54,604 nt of DNA from the UHGV virus genome UHGV-0184235; one strand, written 5' to 3'. Position numbers and translations under genes: made by a program. Below the pieces are notes generated by a model. The model searched no databases. It was given only the letters and a program-made list of their open reading frames with translations, and was not told the origin of the DNA. The stretch is from a virus. Shown here piece by piece: positions 46,809-54,604 of the stretch (positions are counted from its first letter, which is position 1; every line of letters starts with the position of its first letter).

Positions 46809-46831
46809 ATTGTACCCATTTTGTAGGTACA
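46809..46831. promoter_or_regulatory. 7-bp perfect inverted repeat TTGTACC-N9-GGTACAA, a candidate operator in the promoter region of the + strand cluster
   Basis: It lies 40 bp upstream of ATG 46871 and overlaps a TACAAT -10-like hexamer. Confidence 0.35.
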
Positions 46832-46870
46832 ATTTATTTAACGAACAGGAACAATCAAAAAGGACACATC

Positions 46871-47419
46871 ATGACGATTTACGCAGTGACCAGGCAAAAA
46901 AATGCCGAAATGACAATGTTCAACATGGGCGATCGCGTGGTGGACCTGAACGGGTTTGTCGAGCTTGCAGGGCTCGGAGAGTCAGCAGAGGCCGCAAAAA
47001 TCAGCGCCGTGCAGTTCTATGAAGATCAATCATGGAATGGCGAGGATTACGTTGATGTATCAGTCCATTCCCCACTTGTTAATAACGTCAGGAAACTCTC
47101 TGATTCTCTCGAAAGTCACTACAGAAACGGTGAGGAAGCCAGAGCTATTGTTAACGCATACATCACCGAAACTGAGCACGAGTGGCGGCCAGCAACTGAA
47201 TCTGAAATTCAGGCAGACATGAAAATCAGCCTGTTTCAGTACCTGATACCGTTCTTTTTCATTAACGGCGACGGCGATGTTGATTATCTTCCGATAGTCG
47301 GTGACAACTTCCCCTATGGCGCGCGCGTCGGAACGGATGAAGATGTGATGGCATTTATCCGCGAAAACCATCGTTCTAATCGTGCGTTCATGTACGACGA
47401 AGTTAACGATCTGGATTAA
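46871..47419 (+). CDS. acidic hypothetical protein (182 aa), in the opposite orientation to the surrounding nin genes
   Basis: Clean ORF. The AT-rich upstream region contains the inverted-repeat operator. Confidence 0.55.
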   Translation: MTIYAVTRQKNAEMTMFNMGDRVVDLNGFVELAGLGESAEAAKISAVQFYEDQSWNGEDYVDVSVHSPLVNNVRKLSDSLESHYRNGEEARAIVNAYITETEHEWRPATESEIQADMKISLFQYLIPFFFINGDGDVDYLPIVGDNFPYGARVGTDEDVMAFIRENHRSNRAFMYDEVNDLD

Positions 47420-47421
47420 AT

Positions 47422-47760
47422 ATGACTGAACTCGACCTGAGAAAACTCAGCAAAAAGGCTTTGCTTCAGTTAATTTCTGAAGCCGCAAACGAGCTGCACC
47501 GCCGTGAATCCTCATCTTCTTTTGTCGAACCGGCCGCAGCAGAAGAGACTGCCCTGTCACCCGGACAGGCCGATCTGGTTTTTATTAATAACTGCCTGAA
47601 CGCAAGTGATTATGTGCATGCTGATGCAAAAGACCGATACAAACAGTTAGCATCTAAATACTCAGCGTGGTTCGCGTACAAGGGATATCCGCGAGATTTG
47701 CGTGGTTCAGACCTCAAAAAATGGAAACAGTATTTCAGGCCCAACACGAGAGAACAGTAA
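47422..47760 (+). CDS. hypothetical protein (112 aa)
   Basis: Its start is 3 nt after the upstream stop. Confidence 0.5.
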   Translation: MTELDLRKLSKKALLQLISEAANELHRRESSSSFVEPAAAEETALSPGQADLVFINNCLNASDYVHADAKDRYKQLASKYSAWFAYKGYPRDLRGSDLKKWKQYFRPNTREQ

Positions 47761-47945
47761 TGCAGCTTAAACAGTACATTGATGATCACTTTGGGGGGAA
47801 TAAATCGGAGTTTGCCCGGGTGATGGGGGTCAGACGAGACAAGCCGAATCGCTGGATCTCTGAAGGCTGGATAGTCGTTGACGGAAGGCTCTACAGTCCA
47901 CAGCGAGAGATACCGGAGAAAAATGAATCCCCCTCGATGCTTTGA
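47760..47945 (+). CDS. lambda-Cro-family DNA-binding protein (61 aa), an orphan copy
   Basis: LKQYIDDHFGGNKSEFARVMGVRRDKPNRWISEGWIVVDGRLY parallels lambda Cro ([45 protein letters not shown]). The ATG overlaps the TAA of the upstream gene. Confidence 0.5.
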   Translation: MQLKQYIDDHFGGNKSEFARVMGVRRDKPNRWISEGWIVVDGRLYSPQREIPEKNESPSML

Positions 47946-47999
47946 GAGGGATTATACATCACAGTAGGGCTGCTTTACGCTCTGCTGGGAATTTAGGCA

Positions 48000-48227
48000 T
48001 CAACCTTCTCTCCATGCCTGATTTCTGGTTTTAAGTCCATTGCGCTTGGCGTTGCGCTGAATGCGTTTCAGTTCTTCCCTGGACTGCTCTGGAGTGATTT
48101 CACCTCTCATAACGCGCTCAACCAAGCTCTTTCTAACTTCCATGCTATCAGCGATTATACCTTGTTCTTCTAGTCTCTCGATGTTAACTCGTTTATCAAG
48201 CCGTGCATCAAATCGTGAGCGCCCCAT
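48000..48227 (-). CDS. hypothetical protein (about 75 aa)
   Basis: The start is taken at MGRSRFD, coupled to the upstream stop. A longer version runs to 48284. Confidence 0.4.
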   Translation of the reverse strand: MGRSRFDARLDKRVNIERLEEQGIIADSMEVRKSLVERVMRGEITPEQSREELKRIQRNAKRNGLKTRNQAWREG

Positions 48228-48832
48228 CACTTCACCTCCTGCTGCGGCGCTGCTGGCAGTGGCATCCAGTGGGTTGGCTTGCAATAAACGCCACCACCAT
48301 TCGGAAGCGATGCAAACCTAAACCATCCCTCTGTTTCATTGCGCTCCATGTAGCCAACCATCTGCTCTTTCGTATCAGCGCAGTAAACCTGAATTTCAGC
48401 ATCGCGCTCCGGCATCCGCTCGCTTACCGGAATCCATCTGCCTGGCAACTTGTAAGCGTCACTTACAGGTTCATCGTTCTGAGCATCACGCAGAGCGTAA
48501 AAGACTTTATTACGCAATTCGTTGAACTCGTCTGTGTGCGTTCCACTGGTGATGTAGGGTGGCGTCATCCAGCTAAGAATTGCAGACAGTTCATTCGCTG
48601 TCAGGGTGGCGGGCACCGACCCGGCATTATTTTGCAAAGAATTCAGTTCTGGAGCGCTCTGGATGCCGGGCAGCGACTGCATATCGGCATTACCTTTCCA
48701 CCCTTCCCACATAGCCGCCATCATCATGAACCATACGTTGCCACATCCATTTTTTTTGTTATCAAAGAACCAGTCGACAAATTCGCGAGACATGCCGTTT
48801 TTTTCGGCAATTTCATAACGATTACCCATTGT
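48227..48832 (-). CDS. DUF551-domain protein
   Basis: The C-terminal WIPVSERMPERDAEIQVYC...WFRFASLPNGG...THWMPLP matches the DUF551 signature. The start is taken at MGNRYEI. Confidence 0.55.
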   Translation of the reverse strand, partial: TMGNRYEIAEKNGMSREFVDWFFDNKKNGCGNVWFMMMAAMWEGWKGNADMQSLPGIQSAPELNSLQNNAGSVPATLTANELSAILSWMTPPYITSGTHTDEFNELRNKVFYALRDAQNDEPVSDAYKLPGRWIPVSERMPERDAEIQVYCADTKEQMVGYMERNETEGWFRFASLPNGGGVYCKPTHWMPLPAAPQQEVK

Positions 48833-49688
48833 TTTTATCCTTGTTGAGCATGGCGGCGCGGATGATTCGAACCAGGAATGACTTTCTGTTAATCGGTACG
48901 AGCTGTTCAGGGTATTCGTCCAGAGCCGCAAGTAAATCACTTACCGCTTCGTGCAAATCATCATTATCTACCGGTGCTGGCTTCCAACCCTCGCTGTCGT
49001 GATATCCCTGCATGTATGCGTCAGTGATGGCAGGGTCTACACCGTTCTGTTCTGCAATTTCGTCAACGAATACCAGAGAGCTGGCATTGTTTGACGGTTG
49101 CTTGACTGCATCACCTGACATAGCGCCATTGCTGGTATGAATGCTTGACTGTTGCTTGATGGCTTCCCCCATTTCGGTGACATCACCGGAATGGTTGAGC
49201 ATCGCGGCTCGGCAGGAGTTCCAGCCGTGGTCAAACTCGGACGTGGTATTCCCGTCATCGTCACACTTTGCCTCTGGCACTACCGGCTCTGGCGGGGCGG
49301 TGTAGAGTGGAATGGTTCCCGGTCGTTGCTCTGTAGGACTAGCAAAATAAAATCCATCACTGCCTTTTCGATAGTAGCCAACAGGCTCCGCCTTCCGCAC
49401 ATCAAGCAATTCATCAATCGCTTTCACAGCATCAGACATTGCGTAACCGATGTTACCGCCGTCGCTTTGTGCTGCTGCTTTGCCCAAGATTTCACGAATG
49501 CGGTGCAGGCGGTCATTTGAGAGCGGGCCGTGAGCCGGGTGGCTGTTGCTGCCAGCGTCAAGCGATGCCAGTGCGATACGCGCCAGCTCCTCCGCTTCTT
49601 CTGCTGGCAGCACAACGTTGCTACCTGGTCCGTATGTTTCGCGCCACTGCTGGATTTTAAGTAGGCGTTCCCTGGTAATAGTGGTCAT
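48822..49688 (-). CDS. hypothetical protein (288 aa)
   Basis: Clean ORF. Confidence 0.5.
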   Translation of the reverse strand: MTTITRERLLKIQQWRETYGPGSNVVLPAEEAEELARIALASLDAGSNSHPAHGPLSNDRLHRIREILGKAAAQSDGGNIGYAMSDAVKAIDELLDVRKAEPVGYYRKGSDGFYFASPTEQRPGTIPLYTAPPEPVVPEAKCDDDGNTTSEFDHGWNSCRAAMLNHSGDVTEMGEAIKQQSSIHTSNGAMSGDAVKQPSNNASSLVFVDEIAEQNGVDPAITDAYMQGYHDSEGWKPAPVDNDDLHEAVSDLLAALDEYPEQLVPINRKSFLVRIIRAAMLNKDKNNG

Positions 49689-50200
49689 GCCGCGCTTCCT
49701 TCTGTCTTGTTTACGATTACGCCGTCATAAACCTCTTTGAGGTGACCACGTAAATCCATTCGACGCAGAGCGCTAAACATATAGTCGCACTCAGCCTGTT
49801 TATTAGCCTGGAATGGCTTGCTATCTTTGTTTACCCAGAGGCCATTGCCCGGCCAGCCGTGAACCTTTTTTACCCGGTCTTTGACAACGTGGAGTAACCC
49901 CCATCCAGTAGGCAAGTCTTCAACATTCACTATTCCCGGCTCGCTAATCATAAAGCGCCAATCGCCCATACCCTTCTCTGGTTCAATCCGAAAAGGTTTC
50001 TTGCGGTCTGCCAACAGGTCAGAACGGGAACACTTAGCCTCAATCAGGCAGCTGGCGCCATTGCGAAATCCGATTGCGTCAGCCTGCTCGCCGTAAGGTG
50101 TCCATGCGCGGAACCGGTCATGGAAAGCAACCTTGAAACCATTGTTTTGAAGAAAGCGGCAAGCGATCTGGCAAAGCTCATCGTGTGTTAGTGCCATCAC
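49685..50200 (-). CDS. hypothetical protein with a PD-(D/E)XK-like motif (171 aa)
   Basis: DAIGF...CLIEAKCS fits the D-x(n)-E-x-K pattern. The call is tentative. Confidence 0.45.
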   Translation of the reverse strand: MMALTHDELCQIACRFLQNNGFKVAFHDRFRAWTPYGEQADAIGFRNGASCLIEAKCSRSDLLADRKKPFRIEPEKGMGDWRFMISEPGIVNVEDLPTGWGLLHVVKDRVKKVHGWPGNGLWVNKDSKPFQANKQAECDYMFSALRRMDLRGHLKEVYDGVIVNKTEGSAA

Positions 50201-50424
50201 TAAGCCTCCTGAGCAGGATGTTTTGCGATAACTTCCGGTGGTGAAATGGCAAATTCTTCAATATCAGAAATTAGCTCAATAATCTCAGCGCTAGCGCCAG
50301 CACCCCTTACAGCCTTTATCAGCTTCCTCACCTTGTACATCATGATATTTTGAAAGTGAGCACACTCTCTTGACTCGCTTTCGAGATTCGAAATGTAAAT
50401 TTGCATATTGACCTCACTCATCAC
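50200..50424 (-). CDS. small hypothetical protein (74 aa)
   Basis: Coupled overlaps on both sides. Confidence 0.4.
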   Translation of the reverse strand: MMSEVNMQIYISNLESESRECAHFQNIMMYKVRKLIKAVRGAGASAEIIELISDIEEFAISPPEVIAKHPAQEA

Positions 50425-51017
50425 TCCCCCTTACCGATGCCAGCGGCGTTAAGCGCTTTGTTGTAATTGTTCTGGCAGTCGATATAGCCTTTCGCATAGT
50501 CCTCAGTTGCGCCGTAGTGGCAAATCTGGAATTCATCGAACTGCTTTATAGTCACCGTCCGCGCCTCCAGTTCTGCTATGCACTGCTCTGCGGCTTCAAG
50601 TTTTCGCTTCAGCTCTTCGTTTTCTTCGACCAGAGAACATGCCGCTTCGTGGTCTACTGCTGCTGTGTGTTCTGCGGCTTCCAGATTTGATTCCAGATGA
50701 TCGATATAGAGCTTCAGAACGTCGGCGCGATGCTTACCCCACGGCTTAATGACGTCAAGCCGCTTATCCGTCTGCACCCAATCGGTTTTATCGCTCCACT
50801 CCATGTATGCAGTGCGGAAAGACTGGAGCACTTCCATCTCATCCAGCAGCGCCAGAATGGTGGCGGGGCTAGCGGCGGCGATGAATTTAGCGTCTGCATC
50901 ATGCAGAGCGAGACCATCCTCGTGTGATAGCTGGTGCTCACTCCACCAAGTCACCCCCTCTGCCGAGATAGCTTTCTCTGCTAATTGGCGTAGCGCCTTT
51001 TTGTCGATGTTGCTCAT
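50421..51017 (-). CDS. hypothetical coiled-coil protein (198 aa)
   Basis: Clean ORF. Confidence 0.5.
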   Translation of the reverse strand: MSNIDKKALRQLAEKAISAEGVTWWSEHQLSHEDGLALHDADAKFIAAASPATILALLDEMEVLQSFRTAYMEWSDKTDWVQTDKRLDVIKPWGKHRADVLKLYIDHLESNLEAAEHTAAVDHEAACSLVEENEELKRKLEAAEQCIAELEARTVTIKQFDEFQICHYGATEDYAKGYIDCQNNYNKALNAAGIGKGE

Positions 51018-51625
51018 TGGGCTGCTCCTTTGCGAAGCTGGGCTGCGATGTCTTCGAGTACACCATCAGCGAACGAGCGATCGAAATCGCCTTCCGGCGC
51101 ATCAGCCATAAACCCTGTGGAGGTCAGTATCATTCGTGCGATGTCCGCAGCGTTCTTTGCGGTGTCGTCGATAAATCCGGCATCCCATGCAGCAAGCATT
51201 CTATTAGCAACAAAGTAAGCACCTTCTTCGCGAGATTTTGACCGCACTTCAGCCAAGAAAGCGGAGGTTTCAGGGAATGCAATTTCCTCTGCGCATGGAA
51301 TTACCTCTCCGTAAATTCGCTCCATTGCTTCATCCCATCCGTAACGGCAAGCATCGTATCGGCCAGTAATGCCACGGTCTTCCAGTCCGCAACCCATGCC
51401 CTCAGCGTGGTACTGAGGCTCGTTGCTGAAGTCAGTGACGGAATCAACGATTTGCTTCAGCCCCGCATTCTCCGCAGCCAGCGCATTGCTACGCACCAGT
51501 TGCACTTCCAGTTGAGATGCCAGATCGCTCACCAGCGCGGCAGACTCAGCACAATGCAGTTCTTTCGCCAGCTCATGCCCTAACTTCATTAACTCACTGA
51601 TTTTTGTTTCTACCGTTGATTTCAT
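51014..51625 (-). CDS. hypothetical protein (about 203 aa)
   Basis: The start is taken at MKSTVET, coupled to the upstream stop. Confidence 0.5.
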   Translation of the reverse strand: MKSTVETKISELMKLGHELAKELHCAESAALVSDLASQLEVQLVRSNALAAENAGLKQIVDSVTDFSNEPQYHAEGMGCGLEDRGITGRYDACRYGWDEAMERIYGEVIPCAEEIAFPETSAFLAEVRSKSREEGAYFVANRMLAAWDAGFIDDTAKNAADIARMILTSTGFMADAPEGDFDRSFADGVLEDIAAQLRKGAAQ

Positions 51626-51939
51626 GCTGATGCCCTCCCGTAAAATGCCAGAACTCGCTTCATCGCCGGGCTTGTGCGGCACACTGAAGTAACCATGTTT
51701 TTTCGCACGGTCGATTTGAAGCGCTTGATATTCAGTTCTCCGCCGGGCAACAGCGAATAGACCGGGTGATGCGGCTCGCCTGTACGGATCACTACCGCTT
51801 TGCGCGTCAGGTGAAGCAACAGGTTGTGAGATTTCTTGCAGTCACATCCCAGCAACTTCTGAACCTGTCTCGGCGTGATGGTCTGGTTTTCCCGAAGGAA
51901 ATCAACAATTGCCCACAGTGATTTGCTTGCCATCGTCAT
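51622..51939 (-). CDS. hypothetical protein (105 aa)
   Basis: Clean ORF downstream of the P-like gene. Confidence 0.5.
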   Translation of the reverse strand: MTMASKSLWAIVDFLRENQTITPRQVQKLLGCDCKKSHNLLLHLTRKAVVIRTGEPHHPVYSLLPGGELNIKRFKSTVRKNMVTSVCRTSPAMKRVLAFYGRASA

Positions 51940-51949
51940 TCCCCTCCCG

Positions 51950-52645
51950 TTAAATCAGCCCAGCGTCTTTACGCTGCTTGTACTTCGCCATTAACATCTC
52001 GGCTGGTGTTGGCCCACGATCCTGCGAAGGCGCAGCTATAGCGCGACGAACGGGTGGTATAGGCTTGCCAGCAAGAGTGCGTTTTTCCCAATCATGCAGG
52101 ATGTCGCCAGCGGCCCGGATAAGTTCCTTTTCGCTGAGTTGCCCCTCCGTTCCACGACGGCGCAACTCCAGGCAGACGTGGTAATACAGCGGGTTTTTAT
52201 CCCTCCAGGGGAACTGCTCACTCGTCGGATAGCGAAAAACAAGTTTCCGCCAGCGCCAGTATTCGCTCATGATGTCGTCCACACTGACTCCCAGCGCGCC
52301 ACTCCCTTCACGGCACCACGAAATAAACTGCCCCGGCGACGGCCAGAACGGTGACTGACTGGATCGGGCTTTCTGCATTCCGGCGGAAAGTTGCTCACGG
52401 GAGGTGATGCCTGATTCAGCGAAAGCGGCGATCCATTGCTGCTTTGCAACGCGAATATCATCGCCAGTACGTAGGTTCGTCTGAGTGGATGCCGGAAATA
52501 CCTGCATGAGATTTTCAAAAAGCATATCCACCAGCTTTTCAGCGTCACTGTTAACAACCTTACGGCCGTCGTAAGAATCTCCAGCCATGCGCGATAGCAT
52601 TTCGCTGTCGCGATTCTGAATTGCACGATAAAGATCCGGGGTCAT
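51950..52645 (-). CDS. lambda P-like replicative helicase loader
   Basis: PFWPSPGQFISWCREG matches lambda P PFLPSPGQFVAWCREE. The length is about 231 aa against 233 aa for lambda P. An ATGA overlap joins it to the O-like stop. Confidence 0.8.
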   Translation of the reverse strand: MTPDLYRAIQNRDSEMLSRMAGDSYDGRKVVNSDAEKLVDMLFENLMQVFPASTQTNLRTGDDIRVAKQQWIAAFAESGITSREQLSAGMQKARSSQSPFWPSPGQFISWCREGSGALGVSVDDIMSEYWRWRKLVFRYPTSEQFPWRDKNPLYYHVCLELRRRGTEGQLSEKELIRAAGDILHDWEKRTLAGKPIPPVRRAIAAPSQDRGPTPAEMLMAKYKQRKDAGLI

Positions 52646-53640
52646 AAAAATTTCTCCCATGCTTCAGCACTGTTCCAGTGCGGGCCAGTTTCGGATTTGC
52701 TTGCGCTGACATCTGCGCGTGGCTTGCGGGTAGTGTCTTCACGGTGAAGGGTTAACGTGTCCCACTTGGCACGGAGCTTTGCGGGGGAGAGAATATTTTT
52801 GTACCAGAACGAGTCTTTGCAGGCCCATCTGAACAACTCACAAATCTCTTTGTGGGTGCGTCCGTCCAGCTGGCGCATCAGGCGTATGTCATTCGCCCAG
52901 CCAGCCATGTTTGGTTTTTTCAGGGATGGTTTGGTGATGTCACGCAGTGCCAACATCCACTCTGCGCAACGGAGATCGTCAGATGTTCCCCACTTGTCAC
53001 CTTTCGGAGTCTGGACTGCTGCATCAGGAACAACTTTGGAAATTCTCTGACGTACATTAAATACGTTAGTATTTAATATATATTGTTCATGATGTGCGCT
53101 TGTTTGTGCGGATGTATGTGCGCCTTCATGTGCGCAACCTCCCGACAAACCCGCGCCGTGACTGGCCTCGCCATGTGCGGATGTATGTGCGCTTTCATGT
53201 GCGGAAGTTTGTGCGGGCAAATTGTCCATTTTTTGAGCATATTCGGCATAATTTGAGATCGTGATCACACGCCCTCTTTGCCGCTCCCCCTCAATGGAAA
53301 TCATCCCTTCGCGCACAAAAAACGTCAGCATTCTCTCAACAGCATCACGGCTTGTTGGGTTGCCTTTTCTGTCACGTAGTTTCAGGCCCAGATCGGCCGC
53401 CGTGGTCACCAGTTGTCCGGTTTGTAGCGGCCATTGGCGACCTTTAAAGCTCGCTGTGTATGGCTGGCTGGCAGCGCCCAAAAGCAGGTTATCCCACAAC
53501 GTACGCAGGTAAACATCTTCTGACCAGGGCTGCTTAAGTACACTCCGGTACAACGGGATGAATCCGGTCTTCTGGTTTTCCATCCGGTTGCTCCTGACGG
53601 CGGTACGCGCCGCAAAATCGGCGTAGGCGACATTCGACAT
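52642..53640 (-). CDS. lambda O-like replication initiator
   Basis: It lies immediately upstream of the P-like gene. Internal tandem AH(T/E)S tetrapeptide repeats are encoded by 12-bp DNA repeats. GGGAGG SD. Confidence 0.7.
   Translation of the reverse strand: MSNVAYADFAARTAVRSNRMENQKTGFIPLYRSVLKQPWSEDVYLRTLWDNLLLGAASQPYTASFKGRQWPLQTGQLVTTAADLGLKLRDRKGNPTSRDAVERMLTFFVREGMISIEGERQRGRVITISNYAEYAQKMDNLPAQTSAHESAHTSAHGEASHGAGLSGGCAHEGAHTSAQTSAHHEQYILNTNVFNVRQRISKVVPDAAVQTPKGDKWGTSDDLRCAEWMLALRDITKPSLKKPNMAGWANDIRLMRQLDGRTHKEICELFRWACKDSFWYKNILSPAKLRAKWDTLTLHREDTTRKPRADVSASKSETGPHWNSAEAWEKFL
53040..53215. repeat. putative replication origin inside the O-like gene, made of two arrays of four 12-bp-phased TGTGCG iterons with a flanking AT-rich stretch
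   Basis: TGTGCG occurs at 53093, 53105, 53117, 53129 and at 53174, 53186, 53198, 53210. The AT-rich segment 53040-53090 lies downstream on the coding strand, as in lambda ori. Confidence 0.55.
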
Positions 53641-53754
53641 AGCTATGCCTCCCTTGCCTGGTGTTTTGAAAAACTCTTTGTCATAATGACCTCGTGATTT
53701 CTGCCTGGAATTACACCGAAGGCCGTCTGTGTTGGCGCACAGCGGTCTTCACCC

Positions 53755-54297
53755 TCACATGACACCCGGCGCTATGGCCGCGATACCACTCAGAACCTGA
53801 ACGACAGCATCACCCGGCAACATATTCAGCAGATGCTCAATCCCTTCCCTGACCTCTTTCACCAGCTGATGCTTTGGCGCATTCAGCATTACGGCCTGTT
53901 TCGCCTCGCTGATTTCCTTCTCCATCGCTGCAAAACGCGTCATGAAACAATCCTGTCCGATAAGACGCCCACGAAATTCCAGCGGTAAAACAGCCAGAAT
54001 CGCCGGAGTCAACTGGCGGATGTTTTCGCGCGCATATCCGGTGTCGCTGTCCAGCCAGCGGAAAAGCTTCTGCCGCTTACGGCTCAGGTCGTCAGGAAAA
54101 TCCAGCCCGGCGCCGCCCTGCCGTTCCCATTCTTCAACGATGATCCCGGCAACTACGTCCTGGTTGTCCAGCGATGCCGACCACGCACGAACGGCAGCCC
54201 GAATCTGGTCATGCTTATCCGCCGGATCAGGCTGATTGCGATTTATCATCGTGTCCGGAGGAAACCCGGTATTTTGTTGAAATGAAATTGAATGCAC
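53755..54297 (-). CDS. YdaT-family protein (occupying the cII position)
   Basis: LTPAILAVLPLEFRGRL matches my memory of YdaT LIPAILAILPRELRHRL. GTG start with a GAGGG SD. Confidence 0.65.
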   Translation of the reverse strand: MHSISFQQNTGFPPDTMINRNQPDPADKHDQIRAAVRAWSASLDNQDVVAGIIVEEWERQGGAGLDFPDDLSRKRQKLFRWLDSDTGYARENIRQLTPAILAVLPLEFRGRLIGQDCFMTRFAAMEKEISEAKQAVMLNAPKHQLVKEVREGIEHLLNMLPGDAVVQVLSGIAAIAPGVM

Positions 54298-54299
54298 GG

Positions 54300-54533
54300 T
54301 TACGCCCTCGCTTCCTGCGCCGGTAATCCATCCGTTGGGTTCGGATACAGATCAGGGCGCAATTCGTGGGGAGTAACACCGGTTATGCTGTGAATTTTTA
54401 ATATGTAATCTGGCGGCACAATGCCTCTGTCGCGATGTTTCCAATGGCTAATTGACATACTGGTTACACCAAGTGCCATGCTTAGCTTTCTCGCTGAACC
54501 AGCGGCCTTAATTGCTTTATCAAGTGCTGTCAT
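54300..54533 (-). CDS. Cro/YdaS-like HTH regulator
   Basis: The KLSMALGVTSMSISHWKHRDRGIVPP HTH pattern and the first-gene position of the rightward early operon. Confidence 0.7.
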   Translation of the reverse strand: MTALDKAIKAAGSARKLSMALGVTSMSISHWKHRDRGIVPPDYILKIHSITGVTPHELRPDLYPNPTDGLPAQEARA

Positions 54534-54604
54534 TTTCTTCTCCTGACTATCAACGAAGAAAGTAAACCACAGATTTATATTTCAAGCAATATTCAATTTA
54601 TTGA

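Noticed and set aside
1-54604. CRISPR arrays, rRNA and IS elements
   Set aside because: No regularly spaced direct repeats, rRNA-like segments, or transposase ORFs with terminal inverted repeats were seen.
54534-54604. Shared operator motifs between the cro-cI junction and the pL-like region
   Set aside because: Only short ATTCAA/CAATAT similarities were found, which is not enough to call operators.

Overview
The window looks like a complete, circularly permuted genome of a temperate lambdoid siphovirus from an enterobacterial host (GC about 50%, E. coli/Salmonella-like codon and RBS usage). It is not an integrated prophage. A CI-like repressor gene opens the window on the + strand at position 1, and a Cro/YdaS-like gene ends it on the - strand at 54533, so the divergent immunity region spans the window junction. 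No bacterial core genes are present, and int-xis sits next to the tailspike/gtr end, as in a vegetative P22-type map.

Gene order on the + strand, 1 to about 16 kb:
- Immunity operon: the repressor has no S24 peptidase domain and is followed by 51-aa, 88-aa and 216-aa membrane cargo genes and a bidirectional terminator.
- A pL-like promoter drives small early genes, then RecE-like exonuclease, a RecT/Bet-like annealing protein, an ASCH protein, xis and int.
- Tandem arm-type repeats, an AT-rich 262-aa CstII/DUF115-like glycosyltransferase moron, a 49-codon yagU-like 5' gene fragment, and gtrA-gtrB-gtrC for O-antigen conversion.

Gene order on the - strand, read from 54.6 kb downward:
- Cro-like, YdaT(CII-like), lambda O-like gene with internal iteron/AT-rich origin, and lambda P-like loader.
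- A nin-type region containing a PD-(D/E)XK-like protein, DUF551, a DinI homologue behind a canonical LexA box, YbcO-like and RusA.
- Q antiterminator, pR'/tR', a tRNA-Thr(UGU)-like gene, and an ORF-free stx-position stretch.
- Dual-start holin, SAR endolysin, Rz with embedded Rz1.
- TerS, TerL, portal, MuF, scaffold and major capsid.
- An inserted island: a 67-aa protein, a two-domain 486-aa glycosyltransferase, an antisense 58-aa ORF, an AP2-HNH endonuclease and a 193-aa protein.
- Head-tail joining genes, a Big_2 major tail protein, G/GT chaperones with a -1 frameshift, tape measure, minor tail proteins, a small AT-rich moron, an NlpC/P60 K-like protein, a tail tip protein and a pectate-lyase-type tailspike.

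The most interesting signals are listed here.
- A LexA-box/dinI/small-gene locus, together with a non-cleavable repressor, suggests antirepressor-mediated SOS induction.
- A divergent + strand cluster carries an orphan lambda-Cro-like gene.
- A glycosyltransferase island lies inside the head module.
- The immunity-operon cargo genes occupy the rexAB position.
- A host-gene fragment may mark attP.

All homology statements are from reading the translations against remembered family signatures. No database search was run.
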